The position numbers and the translations under genes are program-made. The notes below the pieces were generated by a model, which was given only the letters and a program-made list of their open reading frames with translations, was not told the origin of the DNA and ran no database searches. From Planctomycetota bacterium (GTDB taxonomy: Bacteria > Planctomycetota > MHYJ01 > JACQRL01 > SBBU01), in NCBI GenBank assembly GCA_016206485.1, contig JACQRL010000098.1, forward strand, positions 1 through 36,788: a DNA stretch of 36,788 bases. The letters run 5' to 3'. This document shows positions 14,037 to 22,574 of the stretch, piece by piece; the first letter of the stretch is position 1; every line of letters begins with the position of its first letter.

Positions 14037-15836
14037 TTACCTCCTTTTCAATTCTTCATCAACGAATATATGTATTTCACTTGGTATTTGATCTATATTC
14101 TTTTCTATATTTTTGCCAGTATGATCTTGAAGAGAGAGTGTATATTTAAGCGATTCGTCCAGTCCATTAAAAATGTAATAACCGTCTTTTTGAATGAACG
14201 AATCGTGAACGAAAAAAGTTATTCCAATATCTTCGAGTTTGACTATCAAATTGAGTGTTGGGTAAAGAGGTTTCATTTCAATACGGTTGTTTAGTATTTT
14301 TGCTTTGAATTGTCCGCCTGCTTGTCTCATAATAGTGGAAGTATCGATAGTTAATATTTGCCCGGCACTGAAATCTTTAAGGGGCATGCTTAAAAGTGAG
14401 AATCCCGGCTTGTAAAGTCGCAACTCCGAGTCTTTTGGGTTAAATAAGAAGATTTTACCTGCAATTTGGGTACCTGCTACGATATTGAACTCTCTTAAAT
14501 TTATCAGTTGTTTTGTTACTGTGTTACCTAGCCAAATTTTGCTGTTTCCATAGGTATCATTCAATACTGCAATTCCGGCAACTTTTTTAGATCTTCTGAT
14601 TATTTCAGTGAGAGAACTATGATCCAAATTTGTTAATATTTGATTTGTAACAGGGATAGCAATAGAATGCCCGTCCTTTTTCGCAGGTTCGATTAAGTGA
14701 TGACTCATATTTGTGATTACTCTGGTGTATTCCCTGTCTTCTGTATTTGAAGTGATGGTAAGTTTCAATATGAGTGGTTCATCACAAGAAAAGGTTATTT
14801 TGTAAGTGTTTATATTTCCCTCTTTAATTATATTGAGTGGAATATCTGTTTTTCCACTTTCAATTCCCTCAACAGCGATCTTGACATCAGCCTGTCCTGA
14901 ATAAGGGGTGCCATTGTCATTAGTGAGATATAGATGAATCTCACATTTGCTGCTTAGATTTGTATCTGTTGACAGCAGTGTGGTTGTGTTATTACTGTCA
15001 GAATTGGAAGTAGATTCGTTAGTGGGCAGAAGATTGCTTAGCTGTTCCGTATCGTTGGCTGATGCTGTATATGAATTTTCTTTGGACTTATCAAGCAGAT
15101 GGGATGACAGTATAAAGGTTGCCAGCACCAGAATACAGAGAATCCCACAAAAAATTACAGGTATTTTGAGCTTACTGATTAGAAGTATTGGAGCTGCTTT
15201 GTTCAGTTGTATTAGCATATCGACGATGTCCGGATTAAATTGAACGTCGGATGGTACTGAATCCACTGTTTTTAAGAGTGTAAGCGGATCATAGAGAGGG
15301 AGTGTAAGTCCGAGTGTGACAAATCTCTCTTTTATTTTCTTTTTAGCGCCATTTATTTTTCTGGCAACAGAGCCCTCCGGGATACTGGTAATGTCTGCTG
15401 TTTCGGAATATGAGAAGTTCTGTACATAAATGAGATTTAGAATTATCTGCTCGTCTTTGGGAAGTTCATCAACAAATTCTTTTACTGTTTGCAAAGCAAC
15501 TTCTTTTTCCCTGTCTGGACCTACATTTGGAGATCGACTGATCTGTATTAGGCTTTTTTGATGGACTTTTTGATCTCTTACCCTAGAAAGTGATTTATTA
15601 ACGGCTATTTTGGCTAACCAGTGTTTTAGTGATTCTATTTTTATACCCTTATTAATTTGATTGACTGCTGATAGTAATACTTCCTGTGTTGCATCCTCTG
15701 CTTCCTCTCTATTTTGTAGGACCCTGTAGGAAATGCTATATATAAGGCCTGCGTAATCTGTTAATTGTCCTGCAATTTCTGATGTTTTTTGTGTGGTTAT
15801 CATACCTATATCAATCATGGTATCTAAGACTCCCAA
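14037..15836 (-). CDS. ECF-type sigma-70 family factor fused through one TM helix to a ~350-aa extracytoplasmic domain
   Basis: Sigma region 2 ('IYSISYRVLQNREEAEDATQEVLLSA') and region 4 ('LPKDEQIILNLIYVQNFSYSETADITSIPEGSVARKINGAKKKI') are both present. A TM helix 'IPVIFCGILCILVLATFILSS' lies at about aa 225-246, followed by an S/T/N-rich linker and a large C-terminal domain. The tracked start is a TTG; in-frame ATGs lie 6 and 11 codons downstream. Confidence 0.8.
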   Translation of the reverse strand: MGVLDTMIDIGMITTQKTSEIAGQLTDYAGLIYSISYRVLQNREEAEDATQEVLLSAVNQINKGIKIESLKHWLAKIAVNKSLSRVRDQKVHQKSLIQISRSPNVGPDREKEVALQTVKEFVDELPKDEQIILNLIYVQNFSYSETADITSIPEGSVARKINGAKKKIKERFVTLGLTLPLYDPLTLLKTVDSVPSDVQFNPDIVDMLIQLNKAAPILLISKLKIPVIFCGILCILVLATFILSSHLLDKSKENSYTASANDTEQLSNLLPTNESTSNSDSNNTTTLLSTDTNLSSKCEIHLYLTNDNGTPYSGQADVKIAVEGIESGKTDIPLNIIKEGNINTYKITFSCDEPLILKLTITSNTEDREYTRVITNMSHHLIEPAKKDGHSIAIPVTNQILTNLDHSSLTEIIRRSKKVAGIAVLNDTYGNSKIWLGNTVTKQLINLREFNIVAGTQIAGKIFLFNPKDSELRLYKPGFSLLSMPLKDFSAGQILTIDTSTIMRQAGGQFKAKILNNRIEMKPLYPTLNLIVKLEDIGITFFVHDSFIQKDGYYIFNGLDESLKYTLSLQDHTGKNIEKNIDQIPSEIHIFVDEELKRR

Positions 15837-15881
15837 CTATGCCACTTTCTTCGCCAGAGTCTCAGCTTGTGTGCTTAAATT

Positions 15882-15965
15882 GTGGATTGTAGAGTGTAAA
15901 TCATGGAGCCAAGAATAAAATTTAGAACTGATGTTCTTTGCATGGCAATTTGATCGTAAATCGAG
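15882..15965 (+). repeat. Degenerate heptanucleotide tandem repeat
   Basis: GTGGATT GTAGAGT GTAAATC ATGGAGC CAAGAAT AAAATTT AGAACTG ...; clear at the 5-prime end and decaying downstream. Confidence 0.6.
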
Positions 15966-15979
15966 ATCCTTTGCCGATC

Positions 15980-17065
15980 TTAGTTGATTCCGCTCAGTAT
16001 TTCTGAAACGGCGGTGGAAAGTTTCATTATTCTGTACTGCTTTGCTTCGTCATCCCACAATTTAAAGTCGCGCTCATCAGAAGCAAATTTTTTGATTTGC
16101 TGTACATATTTTGATATAACCCCAAATTTCATCAGTGCTGTAATAGCAGCGCCGATATCTTTAATATCCTGACTATTTAATAATTTTGCTATCTCACTTT
16201 CATATTCGCGGGCAAGCAGTTTTGTCAGTGCCCAGACGGCCTTTGACCTCACATATGGTTTATCATCTTTTAGCAGCTTTGCTATCTCCTTTGTATATTC
16301 TTCAGCTCCAAAATTACCCATGGCTTCTGCAACTTTTCCCCTGACTAGGGAGCTTTTATCTGTTATCAATTTAATTATATCTTTTTTGAATTCATGGGCG
16401 TTCATTTTACCAAGGGCCCAGACGGCATATCTTTTAACATATTCATCTTTGTCCTGTAGAAGTTTTGAAATCTCACGTGAAAATTCGATAGCGTTAAGTC
16501 TACCCAAGGCATAAGCAGCACCTCCGCGTACGTTGTAATCAGGATCTCCAAGTAACGGGACAATTAACTTAACGTATTCTACAGCCTTCAGCGTTCCAAG
16601 CGCCATTACGACATCCGCTCTTACGTATGGATCTTCATCCGATAAAAGTTTTGAAATGTCCTGGAGATATTCTCTTGCCTCGATCTTTGCAAGTGCTTCA
16701 ACCGCGCTGCTGCGTACAAGAGGATCTTTATCTGATAACAGCTTACCGATAAGAGGAGCATATATTTTTGCGTTTAGTAACCCGAGAGCGTTTGCCGCGC
16801 TGGATCTAACATAAGTAACTCTGTCCTCCAATAGTTTTGAAATGTTAGAAATCTGCTCTGTTGCACCCAGGTGACCCAGAGTAGAAGCCGCATTTCCCCT
16901 TACCTTTGGATCGCTGTCAGATAATAATATGGCGATGTCGTTAATATATTCCTTGGCGTTGAGCTTTCCAAGATGCTCCACAGCATCAGCTCTTATGATT
17001 GAATTTGAACTTGCCAGTCTTTGAACGAGCTGCTGTTTATTTTGATTGCTTTGCGGGTTAGCCAT
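15980..17065 (-). CDS. HEAT-repeat (PBS-lyase-type) protein
   Basis: About 11 repeats of roughly 31 aa of the type 'D..VR..AA.ALG.L.A.E.I..I..LL.D'. The ATG at 17065 is preferred; the tracked TTG at 17137 has no RBS. Confidence 0.85.
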   Translation of the reverse strand: MANPQSNQNKQQLVQRLASSNSIIRADAVEHLGKLNAKEYINDIAILLSDSDPKVRGNAASTLGHLGATEQISNISKLLEDRVTYVRSSAANALGLLNAKIYAPLIGKLLSDKDPLVRSSAVEALAKIEAREYLQDISKLLSDEDPYVRADVVMALGTLKAVEYVKLIVPLLGDPDYNVRGGAAYALGRLNAIEFSREISKLLQDKDEYVKRYAVWALGKMNAHEFKKDIIKLITDKSSLVRGKVAEAMGNFGAEEYTKEIAKLLKDDKPYVRSKAVWALTKLLAREYESEIAKLLNSQDIKDIGAAITALMKFGVISKYVQQIKKFASDERDFKLWDDEAKQYRIMKLSTAVSEILSGIN

Positions 17066-17146
17066 CCTTAAATCAATGATAAACTTTTCTATATGATAAA
17101 GCAAGCATAGAAGAAGCTTGATGCAATTTGTTTTCAAAAGAGGTTG

Positions 17147-18976
17147 TTATGCCGACTGTGTTATCGATTTGATAATGGCTTGGCAGTCAATTCCATGGAT
17201 ACTGAGAAGCTCTTCAGGAGACCCCGAAGAAGGAATGTTTTGCACACCAAGCATCCTGAATCTGCACTGTTTGCCATAACTTAAAATCACTTTGGCAACC
17301 TCATCTCCAATTCCGCCGAATACACTGTGATCTTCACAGGTTATTATAAATTTTGTCTCATCAATTGCCTTTCTTATGGTCTGCTGATCAATCGGTTTTA
17401 TTGAGTAGAGATCAATTACTCTGATATTCGTTCCTTGCGACTTTAGTAGGTCGTATGCTTTGAGTGTCTCGTACAGTGTGACTCCGCAGGCTATAATTGT
17501 TGCCTTGTCAGATGTAGAGGATCTGAGCGTCTTCGAACCTCCGACCGGGAAAGTCTCATTCTTTTCATAAAGAACTTTTGTTTTTGGGCGTGTAGTTCGT
17601 ATGTATGAGACCCCTTTTTGTTTTATGAGTTCACAGGTGAGCTTTGCGGCTGACACAGCATCTGAGGGGTAAACAACTGTGCTTTCGAAAATGCTTTTCA
17701 TCATAGCAATGTCTTCAAGTCCCATCTGAGATGGCCCATCTTCTCCTATGGATGCTCCGGCATGAGACCCGCATACAATATAATGCGCAGGTCTCGAATA
17801 TGCCGCCATCCTGAAGAAATCAAAAGCCCTTGTAAGAAAACAGGCAAAAGAACTGAAAGTCGGAATTTTCCCTTCTACCGCAAGGCCCAGCGCCATCCCT
17901 GCCATATTCTGCTCTGCTATGAAAGCCTGAACAAAGCGCTCAGGAAACTCTGACAGGAATTTTTCAGAATATGTCGAATTTTTTACGTCAGCGTCAAGTA
18001 CATATAAATTCTTAACTTTTTTTCCAATTTCTTTAAGAGTAGCTCCATAAGCTTCCCTTGTCGCAACCATATCCCCGGGTTTGTAAGGAAGATCAATATC
18101 GGCACTTATTAATCCTTCATTATTCTGGTTTGCTGCTTTAACAAGAGGCTTAACCTCAACCGCAAATGCATGGTTCGATATACTGGCAAGCGCTTCCTGA
18201 AGTTTTTCTTTTGGAACCGCGCGGCCATGGTCTCCTTTTGTATCTTCGAGGAATGGAACCCCTTTTCCTTTGATTGTTTTTGCAAGGATTGCGCAGGGCG
18301 CTTTTTGTTTTGCCGACTTCACCGCTTCGATCAGTTTTTCTGTATTATGACCGTCAACCGAAATCGTGTTCCATCCGAATGCCTGAAATCTTTTTTCATA
18401 GTTGCTTATTTCATGTTCGAACATTGTAGGACCGCTTTGACCCAGTCTGTTGATATCTACTATTGCGATAAGATTATTTAGTTTATAGTGACTTGCAAAG
18501 TTCAAAGATTCCCATACTGAACCTTCCTGGGTTTCTCCATCTCCAAGAAGTACAAAAACAGTTGATTTAATATTGTCATTCTTTCTTGCAAGCGCGATGC
18601 CGCATGCGGCTGAAAGTCCCTGACCCAGTGATCCGGTGGCGATTTTAATAAAAGGGCACCTCACTGATGGATGGCCTTCCAGTATACTTCCATTTTTTCT
18701 CAGCGAGAGCAGATCTGTATTTTTGAGCGCGCCGGCTTCTTTTAAAGCAGCGTATAATATCGGAGCTGCGTGCCCCTTAGAAAGTATGAACTGATCATAT
18801 GATCTCGAATCCGGGTCATTAGGATCCCAATTCATTTCATGGAAAAAAAGCACTGCAAATATTTCGGCGCAGGACATGCAGCTTGTCGGATGACCCGATC
18901 CTGCTTCCGTGGTCATTTGAATGACCTGCTTTCTTAATCTGTTGGCAATAACCGGCAATAAATCCCTTTCAACCAT
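17147..18976 (-). CDS. tkt: Transketolase (single-polypeptide, short form)
   Basis: TPP-binding 'GSLGQGLSAACGIALA' and 'LLGDGETQEGSVWE' are present, with the pyrimidine-binding and C-terminal domains in one 609-aa ORF. Confidence 0.93.
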   Translation of the reverse strand: MVERDLLPVIANRLRKQVIQMTTEAGSGHPTSCMSCAEIFAVLFFHEMNWDPNDPDSRSYDQFILSKGHAAPILYAALKEAGALKNTDLLSLRKNGSILEGHPSVRCPFIKIATGSLGQGLSAACGIALARKNDNIKSTVFVLLGDGETQEGSVWESLNFASHYKLNNLIAIVDINRLGQSGPTMFEHEISNYEKRFQAFGWNTISVDGHNTEKLIEAVKSAKQKAPCAILAKTIKGKGVPFLEDTKGDHGRAVPKEKLQEALASISNHAFAVEVKPLVKAANQNNEGLISADIDLPYKPGDMVATREAYGATLKEIGKKVKNLYVLDADVKNSTYSEKFLSEFPERFVQAFIAEQNMAGMALGLAVEGKIPTFSSFACFLTRAFDFFRMAAYSRPAHYIVCGSHAGASIGEDGPSQMGLEDIAMMKSIFESTVVYPSDAVSAAKLTCELIKQKGVSYIRTTRPKTKVLYEKNETFPVGGSKTLRSSTSDKATIIACGVTLYETLKAYDLLKSQGTNIRVIDLYSIKPIDQQTIRKAIDETKFIITCEDHSVFGGIGDEVAKVILSYGKQCRFRMLGVQNIPSSGSPEELLSIHGIDCQAIIKSITQSA

Positions 18977-19203
18977 ACCCTTCCTTAAATAAACCTTGAT
19001 AAGCTAATAATAGTCCGATATAAAATCAACAAAAATCATGGAACTTGATGACAAAACTTTAGGTAAAGGCTTGTGATATGAAGTAAAGGCGCCAAGCGCG
19101 GCAGCGAAGTTGCATTAAACTTCTCGCGCTGTTGCATGTCTAACTTCATTGGTAGACGACTTGAATTCTTGGAAGGGGAATAAAAACCCTTAATATCTCT
19201 GAT

Positions 19204-20817
19204 ATGGGACGGAAGAAGTTTAATATTGCCAGATTGTTACTGTTTTGTGGAGGAATACTTGGGTTCATCTTTATCGGATATGAAGTTTTGGAGCGTTATT
19301 GGCTTATCGATTTGTTGGAGATGACTAGCATACACCGGCTCCATTTAATCAGAGGTATTGGCGCGTCGCTGGTTGCGGTTGCTTTTATAATTATTTATCT
19401 CAGGAGATACAGCCAGTTTATTCTTCCTATCCCTAGAGCCGGGGAAATTGTCCATTTCTCCGATATTCCGACAGAAAATGACAGACTGAAGCATCACGCA
19501 AAATGGTTTATAAGGATGAGATGGATAGCTTCCGGGACAGCATTACTATTAATTGCCATAACAGTATTTTTGGAAGTCTTGCCCGCGGAAACGTTAATCC
19601 CGCTTCTTTGCTGTGCAGCATTACTTTTGTTTGCTAACGTTATCTACTCACGCATTTCCAGGGGAGTAAACAACGCATATAGTTTTATAATGGTTCAGGT
19701 TATAGTTGATCTTGTGATACTAGCAGGATTTGTTGAATTTTCAGGAGGACTGGAAAACCCTATTTATTTCATGTATTTATTGCACGTGGTTCTCGCAGGT
19801 ATACTGTTGAGGCAAAGAGATGCTTTTATCATAACCTTTTTTGCATTTGTGCTTGTATGTGTTGTTTCATTTGGCCAGTTGGTTCATATTTTCCCTCATC
19901 ATACCATAGCGATTTTCCCTCATGCAGGGGACAACCATGCGTCTTATAATCTGCCGTTTGTTCTGGGTAACATTTCTGTGTTTTTTATTATGATGTTTAT
20001 GACGGTTTATTTTGTTACGTTGGTTGTTGACCGGCTTAGGAAATCCAATGATCTTCTTATGCAAAGTATAGCCAATGCTCTCAGTGAGGTGGAAAAAAGA
20101 AAAGAGGTTGAGGCGCAACTGGTTCATTCCAGTAAACTCTCTGCTATTGGCAGGTTAGCGGGACAGGTAACACATGAAATCAATAATCCTGTGGGAATAA
20201 TAACCGCGAGGGCGAAGATGCTTGTAAATGATGCAGAAAAAGCAGGGACGAATGAAAAACAATTGAGTGATCTGAGAACAATATTGCGACACGCTGAGCG
20301 GGTAAGCGCTATTGCGAAAGGTCTGCTTTTTTATTCCAGACCTGCTGTTAAAACTACAGAAGCTGTTGATATTAATTATTTGGTGAAATCTGTAATGACT
20401 TTAATTGACCAGGAAAGTATTAAAGAAAAAAGGACATTAATAAGAACATTTTTTTGTAAAGAGAAACTAATGGCTAGTGCGGATTTCAATGACTTACAGC
20501 AGGCATTGCTAAATATTGTAAATAACGCGTTGGAAGCTATACAGAAGAATGGAATGGTGATAATCAGAGTCTTCAAGGATAAGGAATCTACCATAGGTAT
20601 TTCTGTGGAAGATACAGGTGTCGGAATATCAGAGAAAAACAGGGAAAAGTTATTTGAGCCGTTTTTTACGACAAAACCCCCGGGAAAAGGGACCGGCTTG
20701 GGTCTTGCCATCTGTTATGGCATAATTAGAAGTTATCATGGGGACATTAATGTAGAAAGTAGTGAGGGAAAAGGATCGAAATTCACAATTCTTTTACCCG
20801 GGAATACCGCGTTATGA
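19204..20817 (+). CDS. Sensor histidine kinase with a polytopic membrane sensor domain (RegB-like GGxxNP motif)
   Basis: The N-terminal ~290 aa are mostly TM helices. It has the H-box '[11 protein letters not shown]' and an HATPase_c domain ('NNALEA', 'DTGVGI', 'GTGLGLAI'). 'GGLENPI' is encoded at nt 19744-19764. Confidence 0.9.
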   Translation: MGRKKFNIARLLLFCGGILGFIFIGYEVLERYWLIDLLEMTSIHRLHLIRGIGASLVAVAFIIIYLRRYSQFILPIPRAGEIVHFSDIPTENDRLKHHAKWFIRMRWIASGTALLLIAITVFLEVLPAETLIPLLCCAALLLFANVIYSRISRGVNNAYSFIMVQVIVDLVILAGFVEFSGGLENPIYFMYLLHVVLAGILLRQRDAFIITFFAFVLVCVVSFGQLVHIFPHHTIAIFPHAGDNHASYNLPFVLGNISVFFIMMFMTVYFVTLVVDRLRKSNDLLMQSIANALSEVEKRKEVEAQLVHSSKLSAIGRLAGQVTHEINNPVGIITARAKMLVNDAEKAGTNEKQLSDLRTILRHAERVSAIAKGLLFYSRPAVKTTEAVDINYLVKSVMTLIDQESIKEKRTLIRTFFCKEKLMASADFNDLQQALLNIVNNALEAIQKNGMVIIRVFKDKESTIGISVEDTGVGISEKNREKLFEPFFTTKPPGKGTGLGLAICYGIIRSYHGDINVESSEGKGSKFTILLPGNTAL

Positions 20818-22211
20818 AGTCAATTCGCCTGCTTATTGTTGATGATGAAGGGGACATGCTGGATGTCTGCAGGGATATGCTTACAGATCTGCCTGATTTG
20901 AAGATCCAGATAGAATCTAATCCGGTAAAGGCAGCTGAGCGTCTCAGATCTAAATCTTTTGATCTTCTTATCACTGATTTGAAAATGCCCGGATTGAGTG
21001 GTTTGGAGCTTGTAAGAACGATGAATGAGATTGATCCGACTTTGCTCACTATATTTATTACTGCCTATCCCACAGAGGAAACTGCTGTTGATAGTATTAA
21101 ACTTGGAGTAGTCGATTATCTGGTGAAACCTTTCTCTCCTGAGCAGTTAAAAACGACAGTGAAAAGGGCTATGAATCGTAAGCTGCTGATGAAGGAAAAT
21201 CTTTTTCTAACCAGGCAAATAGAAAAAAGCTACAGGCTTGATGAACTTGTCGGGCAGAGTGCAGTAATGCAAAAAATTTACGATATAATCCAACTTACAG
21301 CGCCCACAGATGCTGATGTTCTTGTAACAGGGGAAAGTGGGACTGGCAAGGAGATGGTTGCAAGAAGTATTCATAAGAAAAGTAAGAGAGCTGATAAAAG
21401 ATTTGTTCCTGTGGACTGCGGAGCAATACCGGAAACTTTGTTTGAAAGTGAGCTCTTCGGGCATGAAAAGGGCTCATATACTGGTGCAGTATCATCCCAG
21501 GTAGGTTTGCTGGAATTCGCGGATGGTGGGACTATATTTCTGGATGAGGTTTGCGAATTACCTGTGTCAGTTCAGTCAAAACTGCTCCGTGCGATTCAGG
21601 AAAGATCTTTCAGACCGGTAGGTGCTACGGAAGAAGTAAGATCTGATATAAGAGTGGTCGCAGCTACAAATCGAGATATCGAAAAGGAGGTCAAGGATAA
21701 ACATTTTCGCGAGGATTTGTATTATAGAATAAATGTTGTTCGTATAGATATTCCGCCGCTTAGGGAGAGAGAAAAAGATATCGAGTTGTTTGCAAAGTAT
21801 TTTCTGACAAGATACTCGCAGGAGATGAACAAAGGTGTTCGTGAGATAGACAGTAGGGCTATGGAGATATTCAATTACTATTTTTGGCCGGGGAATATCA
21901 GGGAGCTCCAAAACGTCATCAAACGCGCTATTATCCTTACAAGGAATAATATCATCGGCATAAATGATCTGCCGGATTCTATAGTAAATTATATAAAAGA
22001 AGGGGACTCAACAGCAGACTCGATTGTTAATTTTTTTCAGTTAAGGGAGCAGTATATGGCTAAATTTGAACAGGAGTACCTGCTTAGACTTCTTACACAT
22101 TGCGATGGAGATGTGACCATGGCATCGAAAAAGTTAAAATTGCCCAGAGGAACATTGTATAGATTACTTAATAAACATAATATTGTCCCGGATGATATCA
22201 GGAATCAATAA
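20814..22211 (+). CDS. Sigma-54-dependent response regulator (NtrC family: REC + AAA+ + Fis-type HTH)
   Basis: ATGA overlap with the kinase gene. It has a receiver Asp in '[10 protein letters not shown]', Walker A 'GESGTGKE', the sigma-54 contact loop 'GSYTGA' (a GAFTGA variant) and the C-terminal HTH '[16 protein letters not shown]'. Confidence 0.95.
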   Translation: MKSIRLLIVDDEGDMLDVCRDMLTDLPDLKIQIESNPVKAAERLRSKSFDLLITDLKMPGLSGLELVRTMNEIDPTLLTIFITAYPTEETAVDSIKLGVVDYLVKPFSPEQLKTTVKRAMNRKLLMKENLFLTRQIEKSYRLDELVGQSAVMQKIYDIIQLTAPTDADVLVTGESGTGKEMVARSIHKKSKRADKRFVPVDCGAIPETLFESELFGHEKGSYTGAVSSQVGLLEFADGGTIFLDEVCELPVSVQSKLLRAIQERSFRPVGATEEVRSDIRVVAATNRDIEKEVKDKHFREDLYYRINVVRIDIPPLREREKDIELFAKYFLTRYSQEMNKGVREIDSRAMEIFNYYFWPGNIRELQNVIKRAIILTRNNIIGINDLPDSIVNYIKEGDSTADSIVNFFQLREQYMAKFEQEYLLRLLTHCDGDVTMASKKLKLPRGTLYRLLNKHNIVPDDIRNQ

Positions 22212-22278
22212 CTAACAAAAATTATTTAACAAAATTATGATAAGGATTGTGTGAGACCGCTGAAAGAAAATAGAAATT

Positions 22279-22320
22279 AGGAGTCAGGAATAAGTAGATG
22301 GAATATAGAATTTGGAATAT
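22279..22320 (+). repeat. Degenerate heptanucleotide tandem repeat
   Basis: AGGAGTC AGGAATA AGTAGAT GGAATAT AGAATTT GGAATAT. Confidence 0.6.
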
Positions 22321-22432
22321 GGGTGCGGAGCTGCGTATGGCGATTTCGCGACAGATCATCCAATAGTTTGTTAAAGATAGGATAACAAGTTTATAAAAAG
22401 TCATCTGGCTTTGTGTTGTATTTTTGTGACAG

Positions 22433-22450
22433 TGTCATGATCGCGTGACA
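22433..22450. promoter_or_regulatory. Palindrome TGTCA-N8-TGACA, candidate enhancer-binding-protein site (UAS)
   Basis: TGTCATGATCGCGTGACA, with an additional TGACA half-site at 22427-22431. It is centred about 86 nt upstream of the -24 GG at 22527 and has the same architecture as 6946..6963. Confidence 0.45.
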
Positions 22451-22525
22451 GATAAAAGTTTTTAATCTTAAGAGCAGAATAAACAGGGCCAATTCAATAG
22501 TTTTAAAGGGTTACAGTATATTGTC

Positions 22526-22541
22526 TGGCATCTAAATTGCC
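22526..22541 (+). promoter_or_regulatory. Sigma-54 (-24/-12) promoter
   Basis: CTGGCAT-CTAAA-TTGCC has GG and GC 12 nt apart. It lies 34 nt upstream of the ATG at 22575 (RBS AAAGGAGG) and directly downstream of a sigma-54 activator gene. Confidence 0.7.
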
Positions 22542-22574
22542 CATGACAGAATAGAATTTAAAAGGAGGTTACTA

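Noticed and set aside
14034-15243. Plus-strand ORFs 14034..14294 and 14947..15243
   Set aside because: They are antisense to the well-supported ECF sigma fusion gene and have no motifs or RBS. The same reasoning applies to the many 60-110-aa antisense or overlapping ORFs in the track (e.g. 387..626, 1376..1687, 4150..4545, 20376..20711, 28285..28518, 30908..31213).
15837-15979. Sigma-54 or ECF-type promoter upstream of the ECF sigma fusion gene
   Set aside because: The ATGCCA at 15838-15843 lacks a correctly spaced GCAA partner on the relevant strand. I could not define an AAC-N16/17-CGT-like ECF motif either, so no promoter call is supported.
22222-22404. 60-aa minus-strand ORF in the regulator/porin spacer
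   Set aside because: It lies in heptamer-repeat spacer DNA that also holds the UAS and promoter region, it has no RBS, and its product is low-complexity.
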